Shown: positions 55,933 to 64,000 of the stretch, in pieces
Layout: each line of letters opens with the position of its first letter
Numbering within the stretch: the first letter of the stretch is position 1
Sequence record: MK308675.1
Length of the DNA stretch: 64,000 nucleotides
Strand: one strand, 5' to 3'
Made by a program: the position numbers and the translations under genes
Notes under the pieces: generated by a model
What the model saw: the letters and a program-made list of their open reading frames with translations, nothing else
Told to the model about the DNA's origin: nothing
Database searches by the model: none

Positions 55933-56874
55933 TTAAGGTTGTTTAACAGAGCACTTGAATTGACGCTGGCCAAAACGAGTCATGCGGTAAGCTGCTAAGA
56001 ACTCACCGACCAGTTCATATTCGAAGTCAGTATGGCCGTCACCACTGGCAGCAGTTCGAACTAACTTCATGTCCCAACGTTTTTCGTATGCGGTCGCTCC
56101 GACGGATTCGTCCGAGATTCGAAGAATACGGTCACCGTCAGCATCATAGACGATGACGTCACCGTTCACTTCAACTGACTTACGGAGTACGTCGTTTTTA
56201 TCGTACATCAATGTCATGTGCTGTTCGTAATTATCGCCGATTGAAACGAACGAGTAGAAGTCCGCGCCTTGCGCCGTATGCGTATGCCATTGTCGTGCAG
56301 ACGAAATGATGTCACCGCTAACGTAGTTTACAAGCGCACTGCTGAACTCATGTCCTTTACCGCGCTTAGCAGTGAAGGTTGTCTTCGGTCCCTTGGTAGG
56401 CGTTGAAATGCAATGTGTTTCAAACCCGTCTTCCGTCATAGTAATGAGATAGTTGAACTTCTCTCTATTTTCCGTCAGGAAACATTCGTCGGCGGGTTTA
56501 GGATTAAGGCTCTTCATTGGCTCCGGATAAGAACCGAAACGACATGGCGCCTCAGGATTCTTAGGGAAACGGAACACTTCCTTACCGTTTAGACAATGTA
56601 GTGCCAAGTCGAAGTAAACGAAACTTTCGGTCTCGACAAGAGTTCGGCAGAACTTACTGAGAGCAGAGCCAGTCAGGTGCTCCGCACCAGTTAATTGAGA
56701 GAAGTCACATTGGAACAGTTCCCATGCGTTTAGTTTAAGTACGCCCATGCGAAGGATGAAATCCATGTCCATCTCAGAGACGTCGCTTAGAATCGCGCGC
56801 AGGATAGCTTTAGTTACAGGGACTTTAGTAAGGGCAGACTTAGCTTTAGTTAGGTCAACGGTTTTAATTTTCAT
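55933..56874 (-). CDS. Hypothetical early protein with alpha-CTD-like N-terminus
   Basis: VSEMDMDFILRMGVLKLNAWELFQCDFSQLTGAEHLTGSALSKF pattern; YDKND/YDADGD beta repeats. Confidence 0.55.
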   Translation of the reverse strand: MKIKTVDLTKAKSALTKVPVTKAILRAILSDVSEMDMDFILRMGVLKLNAWELFQCDFSQLTGAEHLTGSALSKFCRTLVETESFVYFDLALHCLNGKEVFRFPKNPEAPCRFGSYPEPMKSLNPKPADECFLTENREKFNYLITMTEDGFETHCISTPTKGPKTTFTAKRGKGHEFSSALVNYVSGDIISSARQWHTHTAQGADFYSFVSIGDNYEQHMTLMYDKNDVLRKSVEVNGDVIVYDADGDRILRISDESVGATAYEKRWDMKLVRTAASGDGHTDFEYELVGEFLAAYRMTRFGQRQFKCSVKQP

Positions 56875-56979
56875 AATGATATTTCCTTTCAATATCGTTT
56901 CTTATTTTAAGAAACATTTAAGTAAAGCTGCTACGTTTTCACAGCCGAGGTACGTCCTCTTTAGGACGCATGCATAAAG

Positions 56980-56987
56980 GTAATATA
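56980..56987 (-). promoter_or_regulatory. phiKZ-type early promoter motif TATATTAC
   Basis: GTAATATA on plus strand upstream of 55933..56874. Confidence 0.6.
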
Positions 56988-57080
56988 GGTGACAGTTTTT
57001 ATTGAGTGACAAGCCTTTTAATCTTATGGTGCACCAACGCGCTCTATCCCGACTTTGGTCGGCCTAAGAGGGAATATAAA

Positions 57081-57812
57081 ATGATTACTAATCAAAGCTT
57101 CATTACGCAGCTTTATACTTTTAGTAGCGGTACCCTGACGCCTCTCCCTTACTTCATCATAGAGGAACAGGACTACGACTACTTAAAGGAAACCGCCGAT
57201 GTTGCAAGCGGACTTTATCCAATTGTAGATGAAGACATCAGTGATGGGATACGTGCCGACACAATCGGCATACGCGACGATAAGGTCATGTTCGTACAAG
57301 GGAACGGACAAGAGATTGAACTCAAAGTTAATCGCGGCTATGTACCTAAACATAGTGCCATTCGTAACTATAGTAAGGAAGACTTCGTTGAAGTTTCTGA
57401 CGAACTATACGTAAGAAAAGAAGCAGGACGTTCCGCATGGGGTGTTGACGAATGGGTCAAGTTAAAGTCAGGACACAAGGTCTCTGAGATTTTCTACTAC
57501 GATGCTCGCACTCAAAGCACGGTAGGTAAACAAGCTACAGGTATCGTGGTAATCGCAGAAGATACTCGATTCTTTAACCGAGTCATTGTGCCGGGCGATA
57601 GCATCCTAATCGACTTCGCACATGAACTACAAAACTTTTCCTTGCAAGTAGCAGCCAATGGTTCTGTTGAGTTCACCATTGCTGACAGCATCGATATAGA
57701 AGCCATGGAAATTAATGAAGACGGTGAGTTGGTTTTTGAACATGCACTCGCTAGTTCAGACACGGCTAACGTCTACGTCGATGACGACGGCTACCTAATC
57801 GTAGAAGAATAA
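57081..57812 (+). CDS. Probable virion structural/adaptor protein
   Basis: Start moved to ATG 57081 (GAGGG SD); acidic beta-rich; heads the depolymerase operon. Confidence 0.6.
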   Translation: MITNQSFITQLYTFSSGTLTPLPYFIIEEQDYDYLKETADVASGLYPIVDEDISDGIRADTIGIRDDKVMFVQGNGQEIELKVNRGYVPKHSAIRNYSKEDFVEVSDELYVRKEAGRSAWGVDEWVKLKSGHKVSEIFYYDARTQSTVGKQATGIVVIAEDTRFFNRVIVPGDSILIDFAHELQNFSLQVAANGSVEFTIADSIDIEAMEINEDGELVFEHALASSDTANVYVDDDGYLIVEE

Positions 57813-57825
57813 AGAGGTAAAGGAA

Positions 57826-58380
57826 ATGGTTAAAACAGTAGTAGGTCGCATCCGTGGCGATAAGTACAACGGCCATGATGTCAGCCAGGCCTATAAGAAA
57901 CTAGACGAAGTCTACGATGATGGTAAAGCGTATGTCTGTAAACAGGACGTAGCTGAAAACTCCAACACTCCTTTATCCGATGAAACTAAATGGCAGCTCT
58001 TTGCCACCTTTACTACTTACGGTACCTACTTCACGCATGACTCCAACCGAGCTTATGTCGACGGTGACCAAGTGTGGATTGATAACAAGGTCTACGTAGC
58101 AATCGATGACATTCCAGCAGATAGTGACATCCCGTTAACGGACGATACTAAGTGGGAAGTCCGCCTTACCGGCGGAGCGGAAAGTTTGCCAGTCGAGTTA
58201 AGACATGCGATTGATTTCAGAACCGTAGATGAAGATTTGCGACAACTATCTGAAAACCTTCTTATGGCAGCTCCTACTAAACCTCCAAGATTGCCCGGAC
58301 TTATAAAGGTTTGCCCTTCTTTGAGTAAGCGTTATATTTCCGTAGGCACAACAGCGGCTTCTGATTGGGAGGAATTCTAA
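57826..58380 (+). CDS. Tail-associated protein with two CBM5/12-like repeats
   Basis: YKKLDEVYDDGKAYVC...ETKW; C-terminal G..KV....KRYISVGT....DW motif. Confidence 0.65.
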   Translation: MVKTVVGRIRGDKYNGHDVSQAYKKLDEVYDDGKAYVCKQDVAENSNTPLSDETKWQLFATFTTYGTYFTHDSNRAYVDGDQVWIDNKVYVAIDDIPADSDIPLTDDTKWEVRLTGGAESLPVELRHAIDFRTVDEDLRQLSENLLMAAPTKPPRLPGLIKVCPSLSKRYISVGTTAASDWEEF

Positions 58381-59645
58381 TGACTGATATCTATCTAAAG
58401 AAAGTAGCGACCGGTTCTGGTAACGGTTCGGGCTGGGACAATGCTAAAGCGTTTACGGACTCCACGGCTTTAAGAGTGGACCTAGAGACCTTACGCGCAG
58501 GCGATACTCTCTATATCGGTAACGACTTCGGTAAACGTGACTGGCTAGAAACAGACATCCTGATGATAGTCAACGCTGTGAACGGTACAGAAGATGACCC
58601 TATCACTTTCTGTGGCTCTGCCGTAACAGACACTACGGAACTACATGCGGCAGCAAAAGGTAAGGGCCCTATCTTCCATGGCGGGGCAGAGGCGCCGATG
58701 CGCCTAGGTGACTCAAAAGGAGTAGACTTCCTCAGAGTTGAAAGAGACCACTATAAATTCTTGGGATTAAACCTGGTCAACGCAGGTTACTTCCTGACAA
58801 TACGCAATCGTCCAGTCACTGGGATAACGGTGGCAGACTGTCAGACCTACGGAACGGAATTAGTTTTCTCTTGCGGCGCAGGAGACTCGGACGTTACTGG
58901 CTTGGATGTCTCCAACTTCATAGCTGGTAATGTCTCTGGTGGTTTTGGTCTCTTTAGAAACGGTAAGAAATTAAGTTTCAGCGACGTGCATGTCTCCCAT
59001 AGTGAGGAGACGACTGACGTCTTCGGACTAAAGTTCGGTGCAGCCGGAGATGCGAGCAGCGTAGTCGAAGAGATACTCGTCCGCGATTCTTCTTTTACAG
59101 GCGGCTATAACTTTAACGGCTCGCCTTCTTACGTTCAGGGCGACGGCATTATTGCCGAGATTGGCACTTCTGAAATAGACATCGACAACGTGCGCATTAG
59201 TCTATACGGCGATGCCGCAATTGACCTGAAGTCCACCAATGCCAGAATCAAACGTGCGGACATCCAGAGATGTAAGTACGGCATCAAGCTGTGGGGCCTT
59301 GGCGAGAACTTAATCGAAAACTCCATCGTGAGTAACTGTTCCTTAGGTGCCATTCAGTGCATCGCTGACATCGTGGCTAAGAACAGTACCTTTAAGGGCA
59401 CGGCCGACAGTAAATGCTTATTGAACCTAACGAAGAATAACCTCGACGGGGATAAGCTGGGCGAACTAACCCTGGAAGATTGCGTCCTGGAATATCCAGA
59501 CCCAAGCCGTCTTATCTACGGCTATGCCGGTAACAAAGTACACATGAAGAACTGCATGGTGAACGGAGTGCTCATTAAAGAGACTAAGTTCCTTCTACCG
59601 GCGCAGGGCTCATTCGGCATTGTAGATGACCTAACTGACTTTTAA
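58380..59645 (+). CDS. Right-handed beta-helix (pectate-lyase-like) depolymerase
   Basis: IYLKKVATGSGNGSGWDNA start; GDGI and DAAIDLK coil motifs; TAATG coupling, GGGAGG SD. Confidence 0.7.
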   Translation: MTDIYLKKVATGSGNGSGWDNAKAFTDSTALRVDLETLRAGDTLYIGNDFGKRDWLETDILMIVNAVNGTEDDPITFCGSAVTDTTELHAAAKGKGPIFHGGAEAPMRLGDSKGVDFLRVERDHYKFLGLNLVNAGYFLTIRNRPVTGITVADCQTYGTELVFSCGAGDSDVTGLDVSNFIAGNVSGGFGLFRNGKKLSFSDVHVSHSEETTDVFGLKFGAAGDASSVVEEILVRDSSFTGGYNFNGSPSYVQGDGIIAEIGTSEIDIDNVRISLYGDAAIDLKSTNARIKRADIQRCKYGIKLWGLGENLIENSIVSNCSLGAIQCIADIVAKNSTFKGTADSKCLLNLTKNNLDGDKLGELTLEDCVLEYPDPSRLIYGYAGNKVHMKNCMVNGVLIKETKFLLPAQGSFGIVDDLTDF

Positions 59646-59659
59646 GGAAGGAGACTAAC

Positions 59660-61618
59660 ATGTCTAAAACTGTTGTGGGTCGAATTCGTGGCGATAAATA
59701 TAAAGGCCACAATCCGAACCAAATTTACAAGAAGTTGGACGAAGTCTACATTTCAGGTATGGCATTCCTTTGTCTCGAGGATATAGAGATTAACTCTAAT
59801 ATCCCTTTGACGGATGTTACGAAGTGGCAAGAGTTCGCTTCGCTTGAAACTCTACGTATCCACTACGCACATGACGTGAATGCTGAGTACTTTAAAGACG
59901 AGCAGATGTGGGTAGGCGGTAAAGTGTATGTTGCTTTAGCAGATATCCCTGAAAACTCTAATGTAGATTTAACCGACGACACTAAGTGGGAAGAACTTCT
60001 TGCTAGTGAAGCTCTTGCTCCTACGGCTAACGACAACATCACCATCACAGGCTTTACTGACCTGGGCGATGGTAATTGGCAAGTGACGCCCCCTGCGGGT
60101 TACGTACATTACGTACATATTGCTGGCGCCTCGCCTAACTACTTCGCTGAAGTTTCTACTATTGTAGAACTTTCTAAGATTGGTGACTGGACGCGTGAAG
60201 GCGGACAGCTAACTATCCGTTGGCCTTCTAACCTAAACGACCTGGACGTGTTCCTCACTATGGGTTCTAGCTCCTCTGTGGCATACTACGGCATGGAAGT
60301 AGACGAGCCTGGGGAAATCCATAACCAAAACACTTACGGTGGTTTGCGTGGCTTTACAGTTACGGCTCTGGCACATCTGTTCCATTGTAAAGCAGAGAAT
60401 GCTAACTTCCACGGTTTCGATATGCAGTTCCCTGGAGCTACACTGAGTCATTGTGAGAGCCATCACAACGGTCAGTGGGACAAAGGCGAGACAGGTAACA
60501 ATGTCGGTCACGGTGTTCTTATGCGTCGTGGCGGTACAGTGCGCCACCATAAGTCATATTGTCAAGCTGAAGATGGTTACCAAATTGGTACAGCCGTTCA
60601 AGGCAATGTTGCAGAGAACGATGAGTTTACTCTGGAACACTGTGAAGCGTACTACTGTTCTGAGGACATGTTCGATATTAAAGAGACAGGTAAGAAATTA
60701 ACCATTCGTCACTTTAGAGGACATGGCGCACTCGACTCAGCAATCAACTACCACCCGAATGTAGGCTCGGGTTTAGTAGAGATTACAGATGGGCGCTTCT
60801 CAGGCACCGTACAGATGCTTCGCGTCGCTCAGGTTGAATCTAGCATCCCTGCTAAGTTCAACACTGCCCGTAATGTCTTCGATGCTTCTAACCGTGGCTG
60901 GTCAGATAGTTCTGCTCCATGTTTCGATTGGAAGGCCAGTATCGATAATGCAGATGCTTACTTTGTCTCTATGGCGGACGTTTTCATCGGCGGCGGTACT
61001 CGCGGTATCTCTGACAAGCACGTAGTCAACATCAAGGGCGCTGGTAAGGTTAAACTGTTTAACCCGACCATTCACGTGCCTTCTACTCCGAACGCAGGAG
61101 ACGTTTCTGCAATCGGTATGTATGGTACGGCCGCTGTTGAGATTTACAACGCGTGCCTAACTAACTATGGCGGTGGTACCCGCGGCATCCTTGAAGTTGA
61201 CGATAACACTCGCAGTATTAAGATTGCAGATTCTGTAATGTATGTCAAAGACGGGGACGACAATACGGTCTATGTGACTGTTGGTTCGACTACCTATACT
61301 AAGGCAGACATTGAAGGTGCAAACTTCGGCGGGGAAGGCAACATCGTAGACGGTAGCGTGGAGCTAACTAATCTATACATCAAATCGCCTAACTACATGG
61401 ACGAAGCTAATAACCTACTAGCTCCTCTTTACATTACGCCACATATGGCAAACCACGGTCTAGCTGTGAATGCGCCAATGAAAGACGTAATGGGTCTACC
61501 ATTCAACCACTGGAGTTGGATGGGCGGTTCTGAGAACGTTAGTATGGGCGTTGGCGCTTACCATGCCTACAGCGGACGAATGCTCCGTGCTAAGAATTCA
61601 CATACTCTAGCGAAATAA
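59660..61618 (+). CDS. Tailspike/depolymerase: CBM-like N-terminus plus beta-helix
   Basis: N-terminus paralogous to 57826..58380; NANFHGF, AEDGYQI and EDMFDIK beta-helix motifs. Confidence 0.72.
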   Translation: MSKTVVGRIRGDKYKGHNPNQIYKKLDEVYISGMAFLCLEDIEINSNIPLTDVTKWQEFASLETLRIHYAHDVNAEYFKDEQMWVGGKVYVALADIPENSNVDLTDDTKWEELLASEALAPTANDNITITGFTDLGDGNWQVTPPAGYVHYVHIAGASPNYFAEVSTIVELSKIGDWTREGGQLTIRWPSNLNDLDVFLTMGSSSSVAYYGMEVDEPGEIHNQNTYGGLRGFTVTALAHLFHCKAENANFHGFDMQFPGATLSHCESHHNGQWDKGETGNNVGHGVLMRRGGTVRHHKSYCQAEDGYQIGTAVQGNVAENDEFTLEHCEAYYCSEDMFDIKETGKKLTIRHFRGHGALDSAINYHPNVGSGLVEITDGRFSGTVQMLRVAQVESSIPAKFNTARNVFDASNRGWSDSSAPCFDWKASIDNADAYFVSMADVFIGGGTRGISDKHVVNIKGAGKVKLFNPTIHVPSTPNAGDVSAIGMYGTAAVEIYNACLTNYGGGTRGILEVDDNTRSIKIADSVMYVKDGDDNTVYVTVGSTTYTKADIEGANFGGEGNIVDGSVELTNLYIKSPNYMDEANNLLAPLYITPHMANHGLAVNAPMKDVMGLPFNHWSWMGGSENVSMGVGAYHAYSGRMLRAKNSHTLAK

Positions 61619-61633
61619 AAAAAAAATAAGAGT

Positions 61634-61657
61634 CCCTACTGGCCGAAGCCAGTAGGG
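61634..61657. terminator. Bidirectional terminator
   Basis: CCCTACTGGC-CGAA-GCCAGTAGGG with A-tract before and T-tract after. Confidence 0.85.
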
Positions 61658-61663
61658 GTCTTT

Positions 61664-61975
61664 TTATTCGTCTTCAGACGGGAACGTCTCGTCGATTACG
61701 AGGCCTTGTTTCTTAAGAGACTTCGCTCGAGCCACAGCGACGTCGATGTGACAAACCATGTGACAAAGAAACTTAGAAGCATCGCGTTTGCCTACCTGGT
61801 GAGATTCATACCACCACTTAAAACCGTCTAGGTAAATACATGCGTTCTTATCGCCGTCTTCAGTTACTTTAAGTAACATTGACTGCGGGATAAAGAAGTC
61901 GATGTAAATATGCTCAAGACCTTGCTTCTTGGCTTTCTTGATTTGCTTTTTAACGCGCTTTTTATTACCTGCCAT
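61664..61975 (-). CDS. Hypothetical basic protein
   Basis: Probable ATG 61975 (GAGG SD). Confidence 0.6.
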   Translation of the reverse strand: MAGNKKRVKKQIKKAKKQGLEHIYIDFFIPQSMLLKVTEDGDKNACIYLDGFKWWYESHQVGKRDASKFLCHMVCHIDVAVARAKSLKKQGLVIDETFPSEDE

Positions 61976-62012
61976 AATAGGTGCCTCTTTTATCTTAAGT
62001 TCGAAATGTTTT

Positions 62013-62303
62013 TTATTTTTGGTCGTGGTCAACCGATATGGTACAAAGGCTTAAACTAAAGTAGACCGTCTTATGGTCGACGACGCCTTTGTAGACGCGA
62101 TTGATGCCGTTCTCTGTAAAGTCTTTAACGTCCGTTTTCTTTACCCAAAGATAGTGACTACCGTGTCGTCCGCAGTCGACGTACATGTGTTGTACCACGC
62201 CGCCTAAATCACGGACTGCGTCGCTAACCTCATAAGGCTTCGGGAAAGCGTCCACGTTGAAAGAAGATAGGCACAGAAGTAGTAAAGCGAATAATTTTTC
62301 CAT
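62013..62303 (-). CDS. Secreted hypothetical protein
   Basis: Sec signal peptide MEKLFALLLLCLSSFNVDA; GGAG-like SD. Confidence 0.6.
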   Translation of the reverse strand: MEKLFALLLLCLSSFNVDAFPKPYEVSDAVRDLGGVVQHMYVDCGRHGSHYLWVKKTDVKDFTENGINRVYKGVVDHKTVYFSLSLCTISVDHDQK

Positions 62304-62335
62304 GGTGTTCTCTCTTTAAGATAGAAATGATTAAG

Positions 62336-62359
62336 CTCCCTCTCCCGAAGGAGAAGGAG
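62336..62359 (-). terminator. Intrinsic terminator after the chemoreceptor gene
   Basis: CTCC-C-TCTCC-CGAA-GGAGA-A-GGAG, same style as the other phage terminators. Confidence 0.65.
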
Positions 62360-62367
62360 TACTTAGT

Positions 62368-64000
62368 TTATACGGTGAACTTGCTTAGAGCAACACCTTG
62401 CTCTTCACATAGTTCCATTACTTCACCCAGTTCGTCTTTAGACTTAGCAGAGCCGTCAGAGATTTCCTGAGATAGGTCTTTCACTCGAGTAGCGTTGAGG
62501 TTAATCTCATTGCTTACAAGCGATTGCTGTTCTGATGCTGTAGCGGTCTGAATAGACATGCTGGTAATCTCAGAGACAGCTTTAGAGATGTCGTTAAGGT
62601 TAGAAGCGGCAACAGCTGCTTTATCAATTGCCCCATCCGTAGAAGCCTTACCGTCCTCAATGGTCTCAAAGACTTCTTGAGCGTGGTTAGTAATCTCTTC
62701 TAGAATGGTATTGATTTGAACTGTGCTTTCTTGCGTATCCTTGGCTAGCTTACGAACTTCGTCTGCTACCACTGCAAAACCTCGACCTGCATCGCCTGCA
62801 CGTGCTGCTTCAATTGCTGCGTTAAGTGCAAGTAAGTTGGTTTGGTCTGCCACGCCAGAAATAACTTCCAGTACTTCGGTGATACTTGCCGTAGAACCGA
62901 TTAGGTTAGTAGTAGTGTTTACAGCGCTCTCCATTACTTCACCTACGTGAGTAATAGCCGCTGATGTAGCTTCTACAGAATCCAGACCAGAACGTACAGA
63001 GGTTTCTGCCTCTTCTGTACTAGCCGCGGTAGATTGAGCATTAGATGCAATCTCTACGCTAGATGCTGCCATCTCTTCCATAGCTGAAGCTAGTGACTCT
63101 AGCTCTGCCATTTGTTCAGTTACATTGCTTACGTTCTGAGTAGACACTGCTCCCACAGAGATGACTGCATTACTAATGCCGCCAGATATCTCTTTAAGGC
63201 GCTGTACGTCTTTCTGAAGGTTCGCAGCAAACGTATTGACAGATTGTGCCATGGCAGCAAACTCTTCGTCAGAGTCTTCGCTAATGCGTTTAGTGAGGTC
63301 TGCTTCACCAGAAGCTAAATCCTGTAAAGCATTGCGTAGTTCTTGAAGAGGACGCATTAGGTACATCGCTGTTACAATAGCTAGACCAGATACTACAGCA
63401 GTGGTAATACCGGCAATGATAAGTAGTAGTACAAGTAAGTCTTTGACTGGCTGCTCAATAACAGAAGTCGGTTTCTTAACGTCTACTACCCAACCCGCAG
63501 AAGGAATAGTAACTAACACAGTAGTCATTTCTTCTTTAGGTGCTTTCTGCTGACGGATGTTCTTGCCGATTAAGTACTCGTCTTTATGTGCAATGATGTT
63601 ACTCGTTGCTTTACTGTAAAGGACAAGTTCCGTACCGTTAACATGAGCAATGCGGTTTAACTCATCGCCTAGTTCGCCTAGGTTAGTATCAAAGAACACA
63701 GCACCGTCATTCTTACCGTTCTTGTAAACAGGAATGGCAATTGACGTTACGAGTTCTTGAGTGGCTAAGTCTACGTACGGTTCAGTTTGGATAGGTTTAC
63801 CCGCAGCTATTGAGTCCTTGTACCAGTCGCGTGTACGGCCGTCGTAGTTCGCGGGCATACGGCTTTCCGGTACAGACGTAGTAAACTCACCTTCGCGGTT
63901 TACATAACCCACCATGTCGAAAGCATTCAGTAGAGTAGCTCCCTTTAATAGGTGGGCTGCTTCTTCCATACTTTCGGTTTTGGATAGACCATCTGCGATA
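62368..64000 (-). CDS. Methyl-accepting chemotaxis protein (dCache_1, TM, HAMP, MA); 5' end beyond the window
   Basis: YDGRTRDWY...EPYVD dCache; TM2; HAMP RPL...DLTKRI...DEEFAAMA; [34 protein letters not shown]; frame stays open to base 64000. Confidence 0.95.
   Translation of the reverse strand, partial: IADGLSKTESMEEAAHLLKGATLLNAFDMVGYVNREGEFTTSVPESRMPANYDGRTRDWYKDSIAAGKPIQTEPYVDLATQELVTSIAIPVYKNGKNDGAVFFDTNLGELGDELNRIAHVNGTELVLYSKATSNIIAHKDEYLIGKNIRQQKAPKEEMTTVLVTIPSAGWVVDVKKPTSVIEQPVKDLLVLLLIIAGITTAVVSGLAIVTAMYLMRPLQELRNALQDLASGEADLTKRISEDSDEEFAAMAQSVNTFAANLQKDVQRLKEISGGISNAVISVGAVSTQNVSNVTEQMAELESLASAMEEMAASSVEIASNAQSTAASTEEAETSVRSGLDSVEATSAAITHVGEVMESAVNTTTNLIGSTASITEVLEVISGVADQTNLLALNAAIEAARAGDAGRGFAVVADEVRKLAKDTQESTVQINTILEEITNHAQEVFETIEDGKASTDGAIDKAAVAASNLNDISKAVSEITSMSIQTATASEQQSLVSNEINLNATRVKDLSQEISDGSAKSKDELGEVMELCEEQGVALSKFTV

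Noticed and set aside
57826-59645. Frameshifted single gene (pseudogene or programmed frameshift)
   Set aside because: The first ORF ends in a complete-looking C-terminal motif, and the second has its own GGGAGG SD with a TAATG overlap and a canonical beta-helix N-terminus.
3655-63318. Many short antisense or out-of-frame ORFs in the track (e.g. 5650..5901, 21423..21734, 42721..43047)
   Set aside because: They lie wholly within longer motif-supported genes, lack SD sites and have shadow-ORF composition.
1-64000. CRISPR array, tRNA or rRNA genes
   Set aside because: No regularly spaced direct repeats or cloverleaf/T-loop signatures were seen by eye in the intergenic gaps; a tRNAscan/CRISPR scan would be definitive.
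1-64000. Bacterial chromosome or prophage interpretation, prompted by the MCP, RNase H and SbcC
   Set aside because: No housekeeping operons or integrase; the split RNAP, UvsX, head-protease sites and tail modules indicate a lytic phiKZ-like genome. A chimera at the right edge still needs a read-level check.

Overview
The window looks like a segment of a phiKZ-like (Chimalliviridae-type) lytic jumbo phage, probably infecting a marine gammaproteobacterium such as Vibrio. This assignment comes from motif recognition, not a database search. 1-18.4 kb is a core block: virion RNA polymerase beta C-terminal fragment, UvsX/RecA, SbcC/Rad50 ATPase, tail spike, RNase H, a spanin pair, internal head proteins with S-x-E protease sites, and structural genes. 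18.6-38.5 kb is a plus-strand tail/receptor-binding block: two paralogous giant LamG/SPRY proteins with inserted EAR/EPTP-like propellers, a permuted papain-like peptidase and a 26-repeat CBM5/12-like protein. 39-57 kb is a mostly minus-strand accessory/early region: HAD nucleotidase, triple-HTH protein, tandem HU-like protein, MazG-like protein, a Walker-A-less UvsX paralogue, an HNH-like protein and alpha-CTD-like fusions. 57-61.6 kb is a beta-helix depolymerase island. The window ends inside a methyl-accepting chemotaxis receptor gene whose dCache domain carries the full amino-acid-binding motif. Many intrinsic terminators and phiKZ-type TATATTAC promoter motifs are visible. No tRNA, rRNA, CRISPR array, integrase or reverse transcriptase was seen. 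phiKZ gp equivalents are recalled from memory and unverified. Several start codons were moved from the ORF track using Shine-Dalgarno (SD) sites.
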